Shown in pieces: positions 11,710 through 22,889 of a stretch of DNA of 64,000 nucleotides. This DNA is from an uncultured Parachlamydiaceae bacterium. Lineage in GTDB: Bacteria; Chlamydiota; Chlamydiia; Chlamydiales; Parachlamydiaceae. A program made the position numbers and the translations under genes. Under the pieces are notes generated by a model. That model made no database searches. It was not told the DNA's origin and worked only from the letters and a program-made list of their open reading frames with translations. The stretch covers positions 32,001 through 96,000 of the forward strand of contig CAVVXH010000008.1 of NCBI GenBank assembly GCA_963752155.1. Direction: 5' to 3'. The first letter of the stretch is position 1, and every line of letters starts with the position of its first letter.

Positions 11710-12267
11710 TTAACTTAAAAGATCCTCTTTAGGTACTTCACAACTGGTTTCATTTTTAGATGCTTTATCCAAAAGACTAAGAATAGTTTTTTCAGCGACA
11801 GGTTTATAATCCCAAACCTCAACACATAGATTGAGTTGATTGGATATGATTTTCCTAGGTCTTTTTTCATGGACATGCCCATGCAATTGAAAATGAGCAG
11901 GTTTTTCATTTGAAGGAATATGGATAAGTTCAACTAGATGTCGGCCTATTTTTAAAAAGGCTGATTCTAAAACAATATTGAATCCAACTCGCATCATGTA
12001 GCTTGCATTTCGATCATGATTTCCACGAATGCAGATTTTATGACCATTGAGTTGAGAGCAAATGGAGTGAAGATGATCGACATCACCAAATCCAAAATCT
12101 CCAAGAAAGAAAACTTGATCGTCGGCATCAATGCAATCATTCCAATTATTGATAAGACAGCGATTCATTTCCTCTACATTTTCAAATGGCCTACCTGTAT
12201 ACCTAATGATATTGGTATGTGAAAAATGAGTGTCTGAAATGAACCATTTTTTCATTTTAGTCACCAC
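11710..12267 (-). CDS. Calcineurin-like metallophosphoesterase
   Basis: SDTHF, LGDF, GNHD and HGHVH motifs. Confidence 0.85.
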   Translation of the reverse strand: MVTKMKKWFISDTHFSHTNIIRYTGRPFENVEEMNRCLINNWNDCIDADDQVFFLGDFGFGDVDHLHSICSQLNGHKICIRGNHDRNASYMMRVGFNIVLESAFLKIGRHLVELIHIPSNEKPAHFQLHGHVHEKRPRKIISNQLNLCVEVWDYKPVAEKTILSLLDKASKNETSCEVPKEDLLS

Positions 12268-12683
12268 TATTCTATCTCTACAGCAGGGTAATTTTCAGAA
12301 TAGGATTCACCCAAAACGCCATAGTAGATGACGAGGCGCTTTTCAAAGTCTACAACATAACTCACTACACCTGCTTCCCAAGAAGCTTTTAAGAATTCTG
12401 GAAAAGTGCTTTGTCCTGCTTGATCGATCCTTAAGGCTTTTATAAGAGCCTCACGATCAAACGGAGGAATATCAACAGTCGTGTTAACAAGGGGTGTGCC
12501 TTGACTTACAACAGAACCATGCACAGTAAGATAAATACTCTGGCACGAAGGGAGGTTCCAAATATTCCGAGTGATTCCAGCTTTTCTTAAAGCTTCAGCA
12601 AGGTAAGGAAAACCTCCTACTTTGGGACGAATGCTCATAGCGAATTGTTGCGCCTTTAGAAGGTTTTCGACAGCTTTGCTCAT
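12267..12683 (-). CDS. DUF1398 family protein
   Basis: RPKVGGFPYLAEALRKAG...DQAGQSTFPEFL...EAGVVSYVVDF. Confidence 0.75.
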   Translation of the reverse strand: MSKAVENLLKAQQFAMSIRPKVGGFPYLAEALRKAGITRNIWNLPSCQSIYLTVHGSVVSQGTPLVNTTVDIPPFDREALIKALRIDQAGQSTFPEFLKASWEAGVVSYVVDFEKRLVIYYGVLGESYSENYPAVEIE

Positions 12684-12729
12684 ATTCTTCTCCTGACTCT
12701 AAAGTTAAGGATAAACTTTTTTTCATCCT

Positions 12730-13653
12730 CTATTTTAGTCTGTTCAATATTTTTAATTGATATGCGATTTGAGCTCCTCCAAGCAGAATGAGCCAGCTTA
12801 AGTTAAGCCATATTAAAAATAGAGGAATGGCAGCAAAACTGCCATACATGGCGCCATAACTCGTCACACCAATCTGGAAATGAAAATAGGTCCATTGGAC
12901 AACCTGATAGGTTGTTCCGGCGAGGATGCCTGCAATCACCGCTGATTTCCATGGCACTTTCGCACTCGGCACAAAACGATAAATAAAGATGAATGCCAGC
13001 CAACTTAAAACGAATGGGACAAAATGGAATAAAAAATAAATAACTGGACTGAGAACATCATAAAGGTCAGTTGCTTTACTCGCTTCAATAATTTCTCTCA
13101 ATGCATAAAGAGAAATACCACTCGAAACGATAAAAAAAATGGGACAAAAAAATAGGATTGCTAAATAAGAGATAAATGTTCTTGAAATGGAACGTGAGTT
13201 TGTTTTTTTCCAAATACTGTTTAAAGACTGTCTGATGCAAATCATAAGAGTAATAACAGCCCAGATTAACATAATGATGCCAGTTCCTGCAATCACCCCG
13301 CCGTGAGTATGCTCTAGTGTTGAATGCATAAAATCCATTATTTTGTAGCCTATTTCGGATTGATCTTTAAATCTGTCTAAAATGGCAGATTCTAAAGATT
13401 TTTCAAAACCGAACTTTATTGCTATTCCAAATGCCACGGCTAAAAAAGGAACGATCGATAATAGAGAATAATAAGTTAAGGCTGAGCTTTTTAAAAAGCA
13501 TTCATCTTTAATGAACCCAATACCTGAAGATATAGCAATTTTTAACGATCTTATAAAAAATGATTTGATGGGTTTGGCAGGATCCTCCGGAATATTCCAT
13601 AGATCCTCATCAAAAAGGTGACGCATCCGATCTAACATGCTGTGTTTCATCAA
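12730..13653 (-). CDS. YihY/virulence factor BrkB family membrane protein
   Basis: ALTYYSLLSIVP and YGAMYGSFAAIPLFLIWL motifs. Confidence 0.9.
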   Translation of the reverse strand: MMKHSMLDRMRHLFDEDLWNIPEDPAKPIKSFFIRSLKIAISSGIGFIKDECFLKSSALTYYSLLSIVPFLAVAFGIAIKFGFEKSLESAILDRFKDQSEIGYKIMDFMHSTLEHTHGGVIAGTGIIMLIWAVITLMICIRQSLNSIWKKTNSRSISRTFISYLAILFFCPIFFIVSSGISLYALREIIEASKATDLYDVLSPVIYFLFHFVPFVLSWLAFIFIYRFVPSAKVPWKSAVIAGILAGTTYQVVQWTYFHFQIGVTSYGAMYGSFAAIPLFLIWLNLSWLILLGGAQIAYQLKILNRLK

Positions 13654-13715
13654 ACCTCCCTAGTGCATTTATTCCGGGGAAAAGACTTCTCATTCTCGAC
13701 AGAGAGTAAAAATAT

Positions 13716-13782
13716 CAGCAATTCCCGCTAATTTCGGGGTTCGGGCACGAAAGCGAGCAAGAAAGTTTAGCGGGAATTGCTG
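13716..13782. repeat. Inverted repeat element (16-bp arms)
   Basis: CAGCAATTCCCGCTAA ... TTAGCGGGAATTGCTG in a divergent intergenic region. Confidence 0.75.
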
Positions 13783-13866
13783 TAAAAATATTGTCAATAT
13801 TGATCTAATCTATAAAAGGAGATACGGTGGAATTTGGTGTAATAATAATTATTTATAGATGAACTC

Positions 13867-14210
13867 ATGGAAATATACACAGCAAATTCCGCAATTTTTA
13901 GAATTTACAGGCTGCTCCTAACCATTTTTATCATCTTTGCTCTTTACTTTGCAAAAACAATTCTTATTCCTTTAACGCTTGCTGCCTTGCTGACCTTCCT
14001 TCTTTCCCCCATTGCAAAAAAATTAGAAAAATGGATCGGGCGAATCTTTTCTATTTTGCTTATTATCATCGTTGTTTTTACGGCAATTGGGTTGGCCGTT
14101 TTTGTCTTCACTAGACAGCTTATTCTGTTTGGATCGAATTTCCAAAAATACAATGAAAACATCTAAGAAAAATTGCAGGCATTTCAATTTCCGCAATGGG
14201 AAATATTTAA
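13867..14210 (+). pseudogene. AI-2E family transporter, N-terminal fragment
   Basis: LYFAKTILIPLTLAALLTFLLSP motif; in-frame TAA at 14164-14166, then truncated. Confidence 0.75.
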
Positions 14211-14330
14211 AATGTGGTGAGGAACGGATCTCCACGGAAGATCGCTACAACATTTTCCTTTTGACAAAGAATTTTCCTATGCAGAATAGAAAGAACAAGG
14301 ATTTATTTACATTGGATTAGGTATACCTCA

Positions 14331-14575
14331 ATGACGCACAGTAAAGATAGGTTATCACCTGTGGTGGTTATTACAGGAGCCTCAGCAGGAGTTGGTAGAG
14401 CTACAGCGCTTTTATTCGCTAAGCACGGGGCCAAAATTGGCTTAATTGCTCGTGATAGTGAGCGTTTAGACAATCTCAAACAGGAAATTATAAATCTTGG
14501 CAGTGAAGCAATCGCAATTCCAATGGATGTTACAAATTCTGATGACATGTTTCGCGCAGCTGATGAAGTTGAAAA
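14331..14575 (+). pseudogene. Short-chain dehydrogenase (SDR), N-terminal fragment
   Basis: VVITGASAGVGRATA Rossmann motif; breaks off at about 80 aa with no YxxxK. Confidence 0.8.
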
Positions 14576-16978
14576 ACGCGAATGTCTTGGAATTGGATAT
14601 TTTAACCTATGATGGCGTACGCATGAAGGTAGGCCCTACTTCAAAAGAAGAAATGGAAAAATATATTCAAGAAGGCGGCCGAAAAGGGGAAATATATGCT
14701 AAACTAAAAAGTTTTACTGAAAAATACTCTTCTATTATCGAAGAAAAATATCCTAAAATTCCACGATGTGTCTCAGGTTATAATCTTACATGGCTGCTCG
14801 AAAAAAATGGATTTGATGTAGCTAAAGCCTTAATTGGCAGCGAAAGCACCTGTGTCACTATTTTAGAAGCCACTGTTAGATTAGTCTATAGCCCTCCGGT
14901 TCGATCCCTTCTAGTTTTGGGTTATCCTGATATTTATACAGCTTGTGATCATATCATGGAAATCATGGAACATAAACCTACAGCTCTTGAAGGAATTGAT
15001 ATTGACTTAGTTGAAGATATGAAAAAAAAGAAAATTCATCCTCAAGATATAAAATTTTTGCCGGATGGAGAGGGATGGCTTTTCATAGAATTTGGTGGAG
15101 AATCTAAGGAGGAGTCGGATGGTAAAGCAAAAAAACTTATGGAAGAGCTAAAGAAAAAGTCTCAACCACCTTCAATGAAATTATATGACGATCCTCCTAT
15201 TGAAAAAATTTTATGGAAAGTACGCGAATCGGGTTTAGGTGCTACAGCGCGTATTCCAAATGAAAAGGATACTTGGCCAGGGTGGGAAGATTCTGCCGTG
15301 CCTCCAGAAAAAGTGGGAAATTATCTTAGAGAATTGCGTAAACTCTTTAAAAAATATGATTATAAATGTGCGCTTTATGGACATTTTGGACAAGGCTGTA
15401 TTCATACGCGTATTGATTTTGATCTCTACACTGAAGAAGGACTGAAAAATTATCGTTCATTTATTAATGAGGCAGCTCATTTAGTTGTTTCATTTGGAGG
15501 ATCACTTTCTGGAGAGCATGGGGATGGGCAGTCTAGAGCTGCGTTGCTTCCGATTATGTTTGGGGATGAATTAATTAAGGCTTTTCGTGAATTTAAATCC
15601 ATTTGGGATCCTGAATGGAAAATGAATCCTGGAAAAATAACAGAACCTTACCAACCAACTGACAATCTTACGAATCAGTCCTCAGTACGATCCTCCGGTA
15701 TTAAAAACACATTTCAAATTTCAGGAAAGCGGAGGAATGGGGGGATTTGCAAGAGCCACCACTCTTTGTGTGGGAGTCGGAAATTGTCGTCGTTATAATG
15801 AAGGAACTATGTGCCCTAGTTACATGGTAACTAAAGAAGAAAAACATTCTACGCGAGGGAGAGCACGCCTTTTGTTCGAGATGTTGCAGGGTAGTGTTAT
15901 CGGAAAAAAACTTTGGAAGGATGAATCTGTAAAAGAAGCTTTAGATTTATGTCTTGCCTGCAAGGGCTGCAAAGGTGAATGTCCTATGACTGTCGACATG
16001 GCAACATATAAAGCAGAATTTCTGTCTCATTATTATGAAGGAAGATTACGACCGAGATCTGCCTATGCTTTTGGTTTGATTTCTTGGTGGGCAAAATTTG
16101 CTTCCTATATGCCTAATTTCGTTAATTTTCTAACACATGCGCCAGGAATATCTACCCTTGCAAAATGGATGTCGGGAACAGCTCAGGAAAGATCTATTCC
16201 TCACTTTTCAAAACAAACATTTAGAGACTGGTACGCCAAAAGAGAACCATCGCAACAAAAAAAACATAAGAGAGTTATTCTTTGGGTTGATACCTTTAAT
16301 AATTATTTTCATTCAGAAGTAACACAAGCAGCGTTTGAGACTTTAGAGCATTTAGGTTTTGAGGTGGTGATTCCAAAATCCTCTCTATGTTGCGGAAGAC
16401 CTTTATATGATTACGGAATGCTCGAGTTGGCTAAAAAGCTCTTGAAAGAAATTTTGTCTACAATGAAAAAAGATATTGAAGATGGAACTCCTATCATTGG
16501 GCTTGAACCTAGTTGCGTGACAGTATTTCGTGATGAACTTGTTAATTTATTTCCATCAAATTTTGATGCGCAACGTCTCAAAGAGCAAACTTATTTATTT
16601 AGTGAATTTCTAGTAAAATACGCTAAAGATTGCAGTTTTAAACCTCTTAATAAAAAAGCAATTGTACAAGGACATTGTCATCATAAATCTGTTTTAAAAT
16701 TTGAAGATGAAAAAGAAATTTTACAGCGCTTAGGCCTTGATTTTGAAATTTTAGATTCTGGGTGCTGTGGTATGGCTGGTGGCTTTGGATTTGAAAAACA
16801 GCATTACGATGTTTCGATGAAAGTTGGAGAAAGGGTACTCATCCCCGCAATCAAAAATTCTTCTCCTGATACCTTAATTATAGCTAATGGCTTTAGCTGC
16901 CGTGAGCAGATTATTCAAACAACCGGAAGAGAAGTTCTTCATTTGGCTCAAGTTGTACGTATGGCTATCAAAAGATAA
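14575..16978 (+). pseudogene. FAD-linked oxidase/Fe-S protein (GlcD-GlcF/YdiJ-like), 5'-truncated and frameshifted near 15670
   Basis: SGYNL...GSESTC, GHFGQGCIH, SGEHGDG, then CVGVGNCR...CLACKGCKGECP and CCG motifs in the next frame. Confidence 0.85.
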
Positions 16979-16981
16979 TTC

Positions 16982-18325
16982 ATGGAAGCAAAAAACAACC
17001 CTCAGCCTATTGAAAATTATGGAGTTATTGGGGATAGCATAAACCAAAATTCCATTTGGACTAGATATGTAACGGCTGTCTTTGGAATTTGGTTGATCAT
17101 TCTACCCCTGACATTTACAACTCATGATGATCTCATATTCTGGAATGATATCATTACAGGAATAATTCTGACCGGCTTGAGTCTTTTATCTCTTCGCTCT
17201 GAATGGCTTTGGTTGCCTTGGGTGATATGTCTTCTGGGTGTATGGCTCCAAATGGCACCACTAATTTTCTGGGCTCAAGATGCTTTCACTTATTTAAATG
17301 ATACCATTATAGGTGTTTTTACAATTATATTTTCTATTCTTATTCCTGGGAGTCCTGGAGAAAGGATTCATCATGGCATAGAAAAGCCTATTGGATGGTC
17401 CTATAATCCTTCATCATGGTTGCAACGTATTCCTATTATTTTTTTTGGTTTGGTTGGTTGGTTTACGGCTCGTTATATGGCCGCTTATCAATTGGGGTAT
17501 TTAGATCACATTTGGGATCCTATATTTGGAGATAATGGTACTTTAAAAGTCATTACTTCTAGCATCTCACAGAAATTTCCAGTCTCTGATGCTGGTTTAG
17601 GAGCTTTTGCCTATACAATAGAAGTCTTAATGGGATGCAAAGGAGGGACACGTCGCTGGTATACAATGCCGTGGATTGTTATTTTATTTGGTGTTCTTGT
17701 TGTTCCATTAGGTTTAATAAGCATCATTCTCGTTATTCTTCAGCCACTTCTTGTTGGACACTGGTGTTTTTGGTGCCTCCTCGCAGCTATTTGCATGCTC
17801 ATTATGATAGCTCTTACTGTCGATGAGGTGGTCGCTGTCGTGCAATATCTTGTACAAGTTAAATGCACTAAACAACCTTTTTGGCAAGTTTTTTGGAAAG
17901 GTGGTGATTTCGCTTTGCCTTCAGATGAAGACGCAACGACACCACTAAATGCTCCTTTCACAAAAATGTTTCCGGAGATGATCCGAGGCTTTACAGTTTC
18001 TTGGTCACTTTTTATCAGCGCACTGATAGGTTTCTGGCTTATGATTTCCCCTTCTCTTTTTGGAATGGACAATCTTGTCTCCTATAACAATACTGTGTTC
18101 GGAGCCTTAGTTATAGCGGTTTCGGTTATTACCATGGCTGAAGTTGTACGCAAATTCCGATTCCTCATCCTTCTCTTTGGCCTTTGGATAATTATCTTTC
18201 CTTGGATTTTCTCTGGTAACACATATAATCCTATTTGGAATAATTTTATTGCCGGATTCTTTCTTATCATTCTCAGTATTCCGCGCGGAAAAATCCTAAA
18301 TCATTACGGCAACTGGAAACCTTAA
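16982..18325 (+). CDS. SPW-repeat/vitamin K epoxide reductase (VKOR) family membrane protein with a GH15-like first ~18 aa
   Basis: PIGWSYNPSSWLQRIP, PVSDAGLG and WCFWC (CxxC) motifs; N-terminus QPIENYGVIGD resembles the start of GH15 glycosidases. Confidence 0.75.
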   Translation: MEAKNNPQPIENYGVIGDSINQNSIWTRYVTAVFGIWLIILPLTFTTHDDLIFWNDIITGIILTGLSLLSLRSEWLWLPWVICLLGVWLQMAPLIFWAQDAFTYLNDTIIGVFTIIFSILIPGSPGERIHHGIEKPIGWSYNPSSWLQRIPIIFFGLVGWFTARYMAAYQLGYLDHIWDPIFGDNGTLKVITSSISQKFPVSDAGLGAFAYTIEVLMGCKGGTRRWYTMPWIVILFGVLVVPLGLISIILVILQPLLVGHWCFWCLLAAICMLIMIALTVDEVVAVVQYLVQVKCTKQPFWQVFWKGGDFALPSDEDATTPLNAPFTKMFPEMIRGFTVSWSLFISALIGFWLMISPSLFGMDNLVSYNNTVFGALVIAVSVITMAEVVRKFRFLILLFGLWIIIFPWIFSGNTYNPIWNNFIAGFFLIILSIPRGKILNHYGNWKP

Positions 18326-18410
18326 AACCCAACTTACTCCCTATATTTCTGAGACTACAACAATGGGTTTTCTGACTTCTAGCTGTTTTGTTGTTCTGGG
18401 TTAAGTTTTT

Positions 18411-18836
18411 CTATCTTGATTGTTGGGAATTTTTGCGTTTTTCTATTTCAGGAGTATCAATATCTGATAAGCCTCGATTTAATTTTTTCTTTATACTAGC
18501 AGCTAGACTGTGATACCGATCTTCTAAGGCTTGAAGTTCCTCATCACTTAATTCTTCGATATTCAATAGCTCATTATGCGCACCTTGAATGGACCGAATG
18601 ATTTCATCTAATTTTAAATGTAAAGCTTTCGTATCGCGGTTTTGTGTGTTTTGAATAAGAAAAACCATCCAAAAAGTGATGATTGTGGTTGTTGTGTTAA
18701 TGACAAGCTGCCAAGAATTACTGAAATGAAAATAAGGACCTGTTAATGCCCAAATTATAACAAAAGAAATTGCGCAGGAGAATGCGATTGAGCTCCCAAG
18801 TAATATAGACATATATTTTGATATTTTGGAAAACAT
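18411..18836 (-). CDS. Low-affinity iron permease (Fet4-like) family protein, second copy
   Basis: WQLVINTTTTIITFWMVFLIQNTQNRDTKALHLKLDE. Confidence 0.9.
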   Translation of the reverse strand: MFSKISKYMSILLGSSIAFSCAISFVIIWALTGPYFHFSNSWQLVINTTTTIITFWMVFLIQNTQNRDTKALHLKLDEIIRSIQGAHNELLNIEELSDEELQALEDRYHSLAASIKKKLNRGLSDIDTPEIEKRKNSQQSR

Positions 18837-18889
18837 GGCGCTATTCCTTGTTATTTTTCATACCCAACATAATCAAAGCCCTGGTCCCC

Positions 18890-20230
18890 TTAAGAATTAA
18901 GTTCAAGCCATCCACCAGTGAAGCCTGCATTATGTAATCCATTAACAACATAAGAACATCTCTTCATTATATTCCAGATAAGCTTGGATTGAAAATTTTC
19001 GATCATGATAATGATTGGACCCTGGTTAAGCCCAAATTGCCATGGAGAGACCCAGCCCTTTTTAGAATTATCAAGAAAAGAAGGATTGAAGCTTGCATCA
19101 AACCCGTAATCGCTATGCCTTTTCAAATCAAGCTCTTCTATAGCGTGCCGAATAGTTTTTAATACTATTTTTGGTTCAAAGGGTAAAGAAGCGACGACTG
19201 CCCAAGGGGATATTGTCCCATCATCAGGTCCAAAAGGAATCCCTCTTGCCTTATATCCGTAAAATTCTTGCTCTTTGCCATTAACCAAAATTTTACATGG
19301 GCCAGGACCATCACTTGCTGTAAATCCCCATCCATATATACCATAATGAGCAAATCCTTTTGGGTTATCTATCGCATATTTTTGTTGTAAACAGGTAGCT
19401 CGGCGGCTATTTTCAAAATAATCAATTCCGACCCTCCTATTCATATCATCCTTTATGCCTTTAAAATCCAGCCAAAGATGGGACATTTGGTGAATAAAAA
19501 GAGGTCCGGCATAAATGCATTCAATGCCATACATCTTTTTCAATTCAAATGTTTCAGTCCATTGTTTATACCCTAACGGGTCTATAGGAAAAGTTGGTGA
19601 GCCTATTGCTAATACATAGAGAATAATTGCTTCGTTATAACCGTTATTCCATCGATGATTAAGAAAACCAGATTCTGGTTTCCAGCCATGTGTTAGTGTT
19701 TTTCCGCCATCTAATGCCCATTGCCAGTCGACTCTTAAATAGAGCTCCTCAGCTATCTGACAAATTTCTTTTTCTTGGTTGCTTTCACCAGTAAAATAAT
19801 TTCTGACAGTTAGCATTCCTGCCATTAAAATCGCTGTGTCTATTGTTGATAATTCACTTTCCCCTGCCCGTTTACCGGTATTCATATCAAGAAAATGATA
19901 ATAAAATCCTTTATAGCCGGTAGCATCAGTTTCAGTTCCATGCTTGCTTGATTGAAAGAACCTTAAAACAGTTAGTATTCTCTTTATAGCCTCTGTTCGC
20001 GAAATTAACCCATGTTCTAATGCAATTATATAACAGGTAAGCCCCAGTCCTACCGAAGCTATACTTGATGGAGATCCTGGTTGTGTCTTATCAGCTATCA
20101 AACCTGTTTTTAAATTGATTTCATTGAGAAAATACTTAAAAGTTTCAGCTTTTAAGAGTTCAAGCATTTCCTCATTAGTCCCTTGCGAATTCACAATTTT
20201 CTGTAATTTTAATTTAGCTTGTTTTTTCAT
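18890..20230 (-). CDS. Glycoamylase/GH144-like (DUF3131-related) glycosidase
   Basis: SSIASVGLGL, YKGFYYHFLD, ELSTIDTA, GPLFIHQMSH, WGFTASDGP; ATG at 20230 overlaps the upstream stop (ATGA). Confidence 0.8.
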   Translation of the reverse strand: MKKQAKLKLQKIVNSQGTNEEMLELLKAETFKYFLNEINLKTGLIADKTQPGSPSSIASVGLGLTCYIIALEHGLISRTEAIKRILTVLRFFQSSKHGTETDATGYKGFYYHFLDMNTGKRAGESELSTIDTAILMAGMLTVRNYFTGESNQEKEICQIAEELYLRVDWQWALDGGKTLTHGWKPESGFLNHRWNNGYNEAIILYVLAIGSPTFPIDPLGYKQWTETFELKKMYGIECIYAGPLFIHQMSHLWLDFKGIKDDMNRRVGIDYFENSRRATCLQQKYAIDNPKGFAHYGIYGWGFTASDGPGPCKILVNGKEQEFYGYKARGIPFGPDDGTISPWAVVASLPFEPKIVLKTIRHAIEELDLKRHSDYGFDASFNPSFLDNSKKGWVSPWQFGLNQGPIIIMIENFQSKLIWNIMKRCSYVVNGLHNAGFTGGWLELNS

Positions 20231-21684
20231 GCTATTTCCAAAGTTATACAAGCAGTTCCCTGAGCAGGCATATCAATTTCGATAAAGGCAGACTTTTTCT
20301 CCCGAATTATATGAATTGGTTCTTTTCTAAGAGATGAGGCTAACTCCAACGCACTTACCGCTTCTTGTGTTAATGTCCTAGGTTGCTCCATTTCCACCCA
20401 CGCCTTCCTGGCATTAGCGTGAGTCTCATCAATTCTTTCGACAAAGGAAGATAGTATTTTTCCAACATTCTTGAGATGGATTCTAATCATTTCGGTTTTT
20501 ATGGGATGCTTAGGAAGGGCCCAATTTGTAATAAGAAGTTTGATGACTCCTGGTTTTATGGTCACCCAAATATCCGCAGTTGGATGAGTACCGCTAACTG
20601 GCAAGATGTGTTCCCCTATTCCACTCAGCAATTGATAAGCGCGATAAGAAGGTTTTGGAATTCCATATATATTTAAAAGACCAAAGCCCCCGTGAAAAGG
20701 TATTGATGAAAAATAATTTTCTTCAAAAATATCCGAAAATGTCCAATAGCTGTAACCCTTTACATATCCTTGGGCTTCCATTACAGTCTTTGTGATAAAT
20801 GCAGCGGCGTATGGCTGATCGTGCAAGTCGTCGAAAGGATTTGATGATGTGCACCATTCTGTATAATACACCGGTTTTTTACCCGCCTCTGCCTTTACTT
20901 TCGCAGCCTCATCTCTTAACACACTTCGTTTACTTTGCGCTAATTGTGCTATAGTATCATCGCCCGGTTTCCCAAAATCATCGGTGGGGTATTGATGCGT
21001 AGAAATAAAATCAAAGGGGACCTTATTTTTTTTACAAAAATTTACAAAGTCAGTGACCCAAGCATTATCGGCTGTAGCAGGTCCTCCTACTTGTAATGAC
21101 TTGTTAATTTTTTTTATGGCCCTCGCAGCATGTTGATAAAGATGGAAATAGTCAAGTTTGGTACCTGTCCAAAATGCTGAAAGATTCGGTTCATTCCAAA
21201 TCTCAAAAAACCAATTGCTTACTTCTGCTATTCCATATCTATCAACCCAATGTTGAACTAATTTATGGATGAGAGTTTCCCAATTTTCATAATTTTTGGG
21301 AGGAGTGACATTATCTTTGTAATGAAAAACTGTCTCTTTCCCAGAAGAAAGAGTAAGCGGCATAAATGATAATTCCATAAAAGGTCGCATGCCAATGGAA
21401 AGTAAAAAATCACATATCTGATCGGCATTGAAAAAAGAATACACAAGCTCATTATTCTCATTAACGAGCGTGCTAAGATTATCTGAGAGTATTCCATGAA
21501 ATCTGACATGTTTAAAACCTAGCTCTCTATGGCAACGAGAAATTTGCCTTTGCCAATCTGCACGCAATGCTAAAGTCGCATGGCCACTACCAACAGTATG
21601 TTTCCAAAAATGTGGAAATGGTTGAGTGGAATCAGTGATTGAACAAATAAAATTAATAGTTTCTAAATCCATGCCAACACTCAT
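20227..21684 (-). CDS. Glycoside hydrolase family 39 (beta-xylosidase-like)
   Basis: HVRFHG, ELSFMP, FEIWNEPN (acid/base), YTEW (nucleophile), SYWTFSDIFEE. Confidence 0.9.
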   Translation of the reverse strand: MSVGMDLETINFICSITDSTQPFPHFWKHTVGSGHATLALRADWQRQISRCHRELGFKHVRFHGILSDNLSTLVNENNELVYSFFNADQICDFLLSIGMRPFMELSFMPLTLSSGKETVFHYKDNVTPPKNYENWETLIHKLVQHWVDRYGIAEVSNWFFEIWNEPNLSAFWTGTKLDYFHLYQHAARAIKKINKSLQVGGPATADNAWVTDFVNFCKKNKVPFDFISTHQYPTDDFGKPGDDTIAQLAQSKRSVLRDEAAKVKAEAGKKPVYYTEWCTSSNPFDDLHDQPYAAAFITKTVMEAQGYVKGYSYWTFSDIFEENYFSSIPFHGGFGLLNIYGIPKPSYRAYQLLSGIGEHILPVSGTHPTADIWVTIKPGVIKLLITNWALPKHPIKTEMIRIHLKNVGKILSSFVERIDETHANARKAWVEMEQPRTLTQEAVSALELASSLRKEPIHIIREKKSAFIEIDMPAQGTACITLEIA

Positions 21685-21937
21685 GAAATTTTTGTAAATT
21701 TTCTTAGTGACCGTAAAAAGCTTCCTAAGAGGTAGTTACCAACTCAAAAAGGTGAAGTCAGATTCTTATCCTTTACAAAATTATGTTGAATTGTTTGGTA
21801 TCTCATTTCAAGACATACTCGATCTAAAAAAAATAATCTACTACAAAAATTCTTCAGATTTTATCAAATATTAAACATCATTTTGGGGAGGCAGCAAAAA
21901 TCGCATCTTCAAGAATATGGGAAGAAATAAATTTTTT

Positions 21938-21973
21938 ATTTGATCAGACTTTTTTAAAATAGTCTGATCAAAT
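21938..21973. repeat. Inverted repeat (terminator- or operator-like)
   Basis: ATTTGATCAGACT-N10-AGTCTGATCAAAT. Confidence 0.5.
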
Positions 21974-22088
21974 CTATTTATCTGAACAGAGATATACTTG
22001 ATATAGAAGAATCAAATTCTTAATACCTTTTAGCAAGGATAATTGCCGGCCTAACATCACATCCCCTACCAATACTATTCTCATTTGT

Positions 22089-22742
22089 CTATCTGCTTTT
22101 TCGATTAAGGTGCTTACGGAACCATTCCTTAGCAAGTCTTGCGACCTCTTCTAAGCAACCTAGTTCTTCAAAAAGGTGTGTGGCATTTGGGATGATTTCG
22201 AATTTTTTAGAACAAGTTAATTGGGCAAAGGCTTCTTGATTTAATTCGATGACGCCAAAATCATTTCCCCCAACAATAAAAAGAGTCGGAGCAGTTACAC
22301 TATTTAATATATTCATGGCTAGATCGGGACGTCCGCCTCGCGAAACAACAGCCTGAATTTTCTTACCCTTTTCCGAAGCTACTCGAAGGGCTGCTGCTGC
22401 TCCTGTACTAGAGCCGAAAATTCCTAAACCAAGATTTTGTGTGTCGGGTTGTTTTTCTAACCATTGAACCACAATATTTAATCGATCCGTAAGAAGATCG
22501 ATGTCAAATCTTGTTTGATAATTTTCATCTTCTTGTTTAGAGAGCAAATCAATAAGTAGCGTTGCCAATCCTGCGTCATTTAAAATATCGGCTACGAAAT
22601 TATTGCGAGGTGATAATCTGCTACTCCCACTCCCGTGGGCGAAAAGCACAATTCCTTGAGCAGATTGTGGAATCTTAAGCATTCCTTCCAATAGAATATC
22701 TTGATATTTTATCTGGACTAATTTTTCCATAATTTTATCCAC
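22089..22742 (-). CDS. Dienelactone hydrolase-like alpha/beta hydrolase
   Basis: FAHGSGSSRLSPRN, FGSSTGAAAAL, VSRGGRPDLA, ATHLFEE. Confidence 0.85.
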   Translation of the reverse strand: MDKIMEKLVQIKYQDILLEGMLKIPQSAQGIVLFAHGSGSSRLSPRNNFVADILNDAGLATLLIDLLSKQEDENYQTRFDIDLLTDRLNIVVQWLEKQPDTQNLGLGIFGSSTGAAAALRVASEKGKKIQAVVSRGGRPDLAMNILNSVTAPTLFIVGGNDFGVIELNQEAFAQLTCSKKFEIIPNATHLFEELGCLEEVARLAKEWFRKHLNRKSR

Positions 22743-22889
22743 CTTATTTTACAATGATAAACGCATATCGCTTTTCAGCCCATTTTTATAGAGATAGATT
22801 GCTCTGGTATTGGTCGCTATTGATTTTTAAGATAGACCACGATGTATTAGTTTTTAAGAATAAAAATTCATACATCGTGTTTTGTTTGT

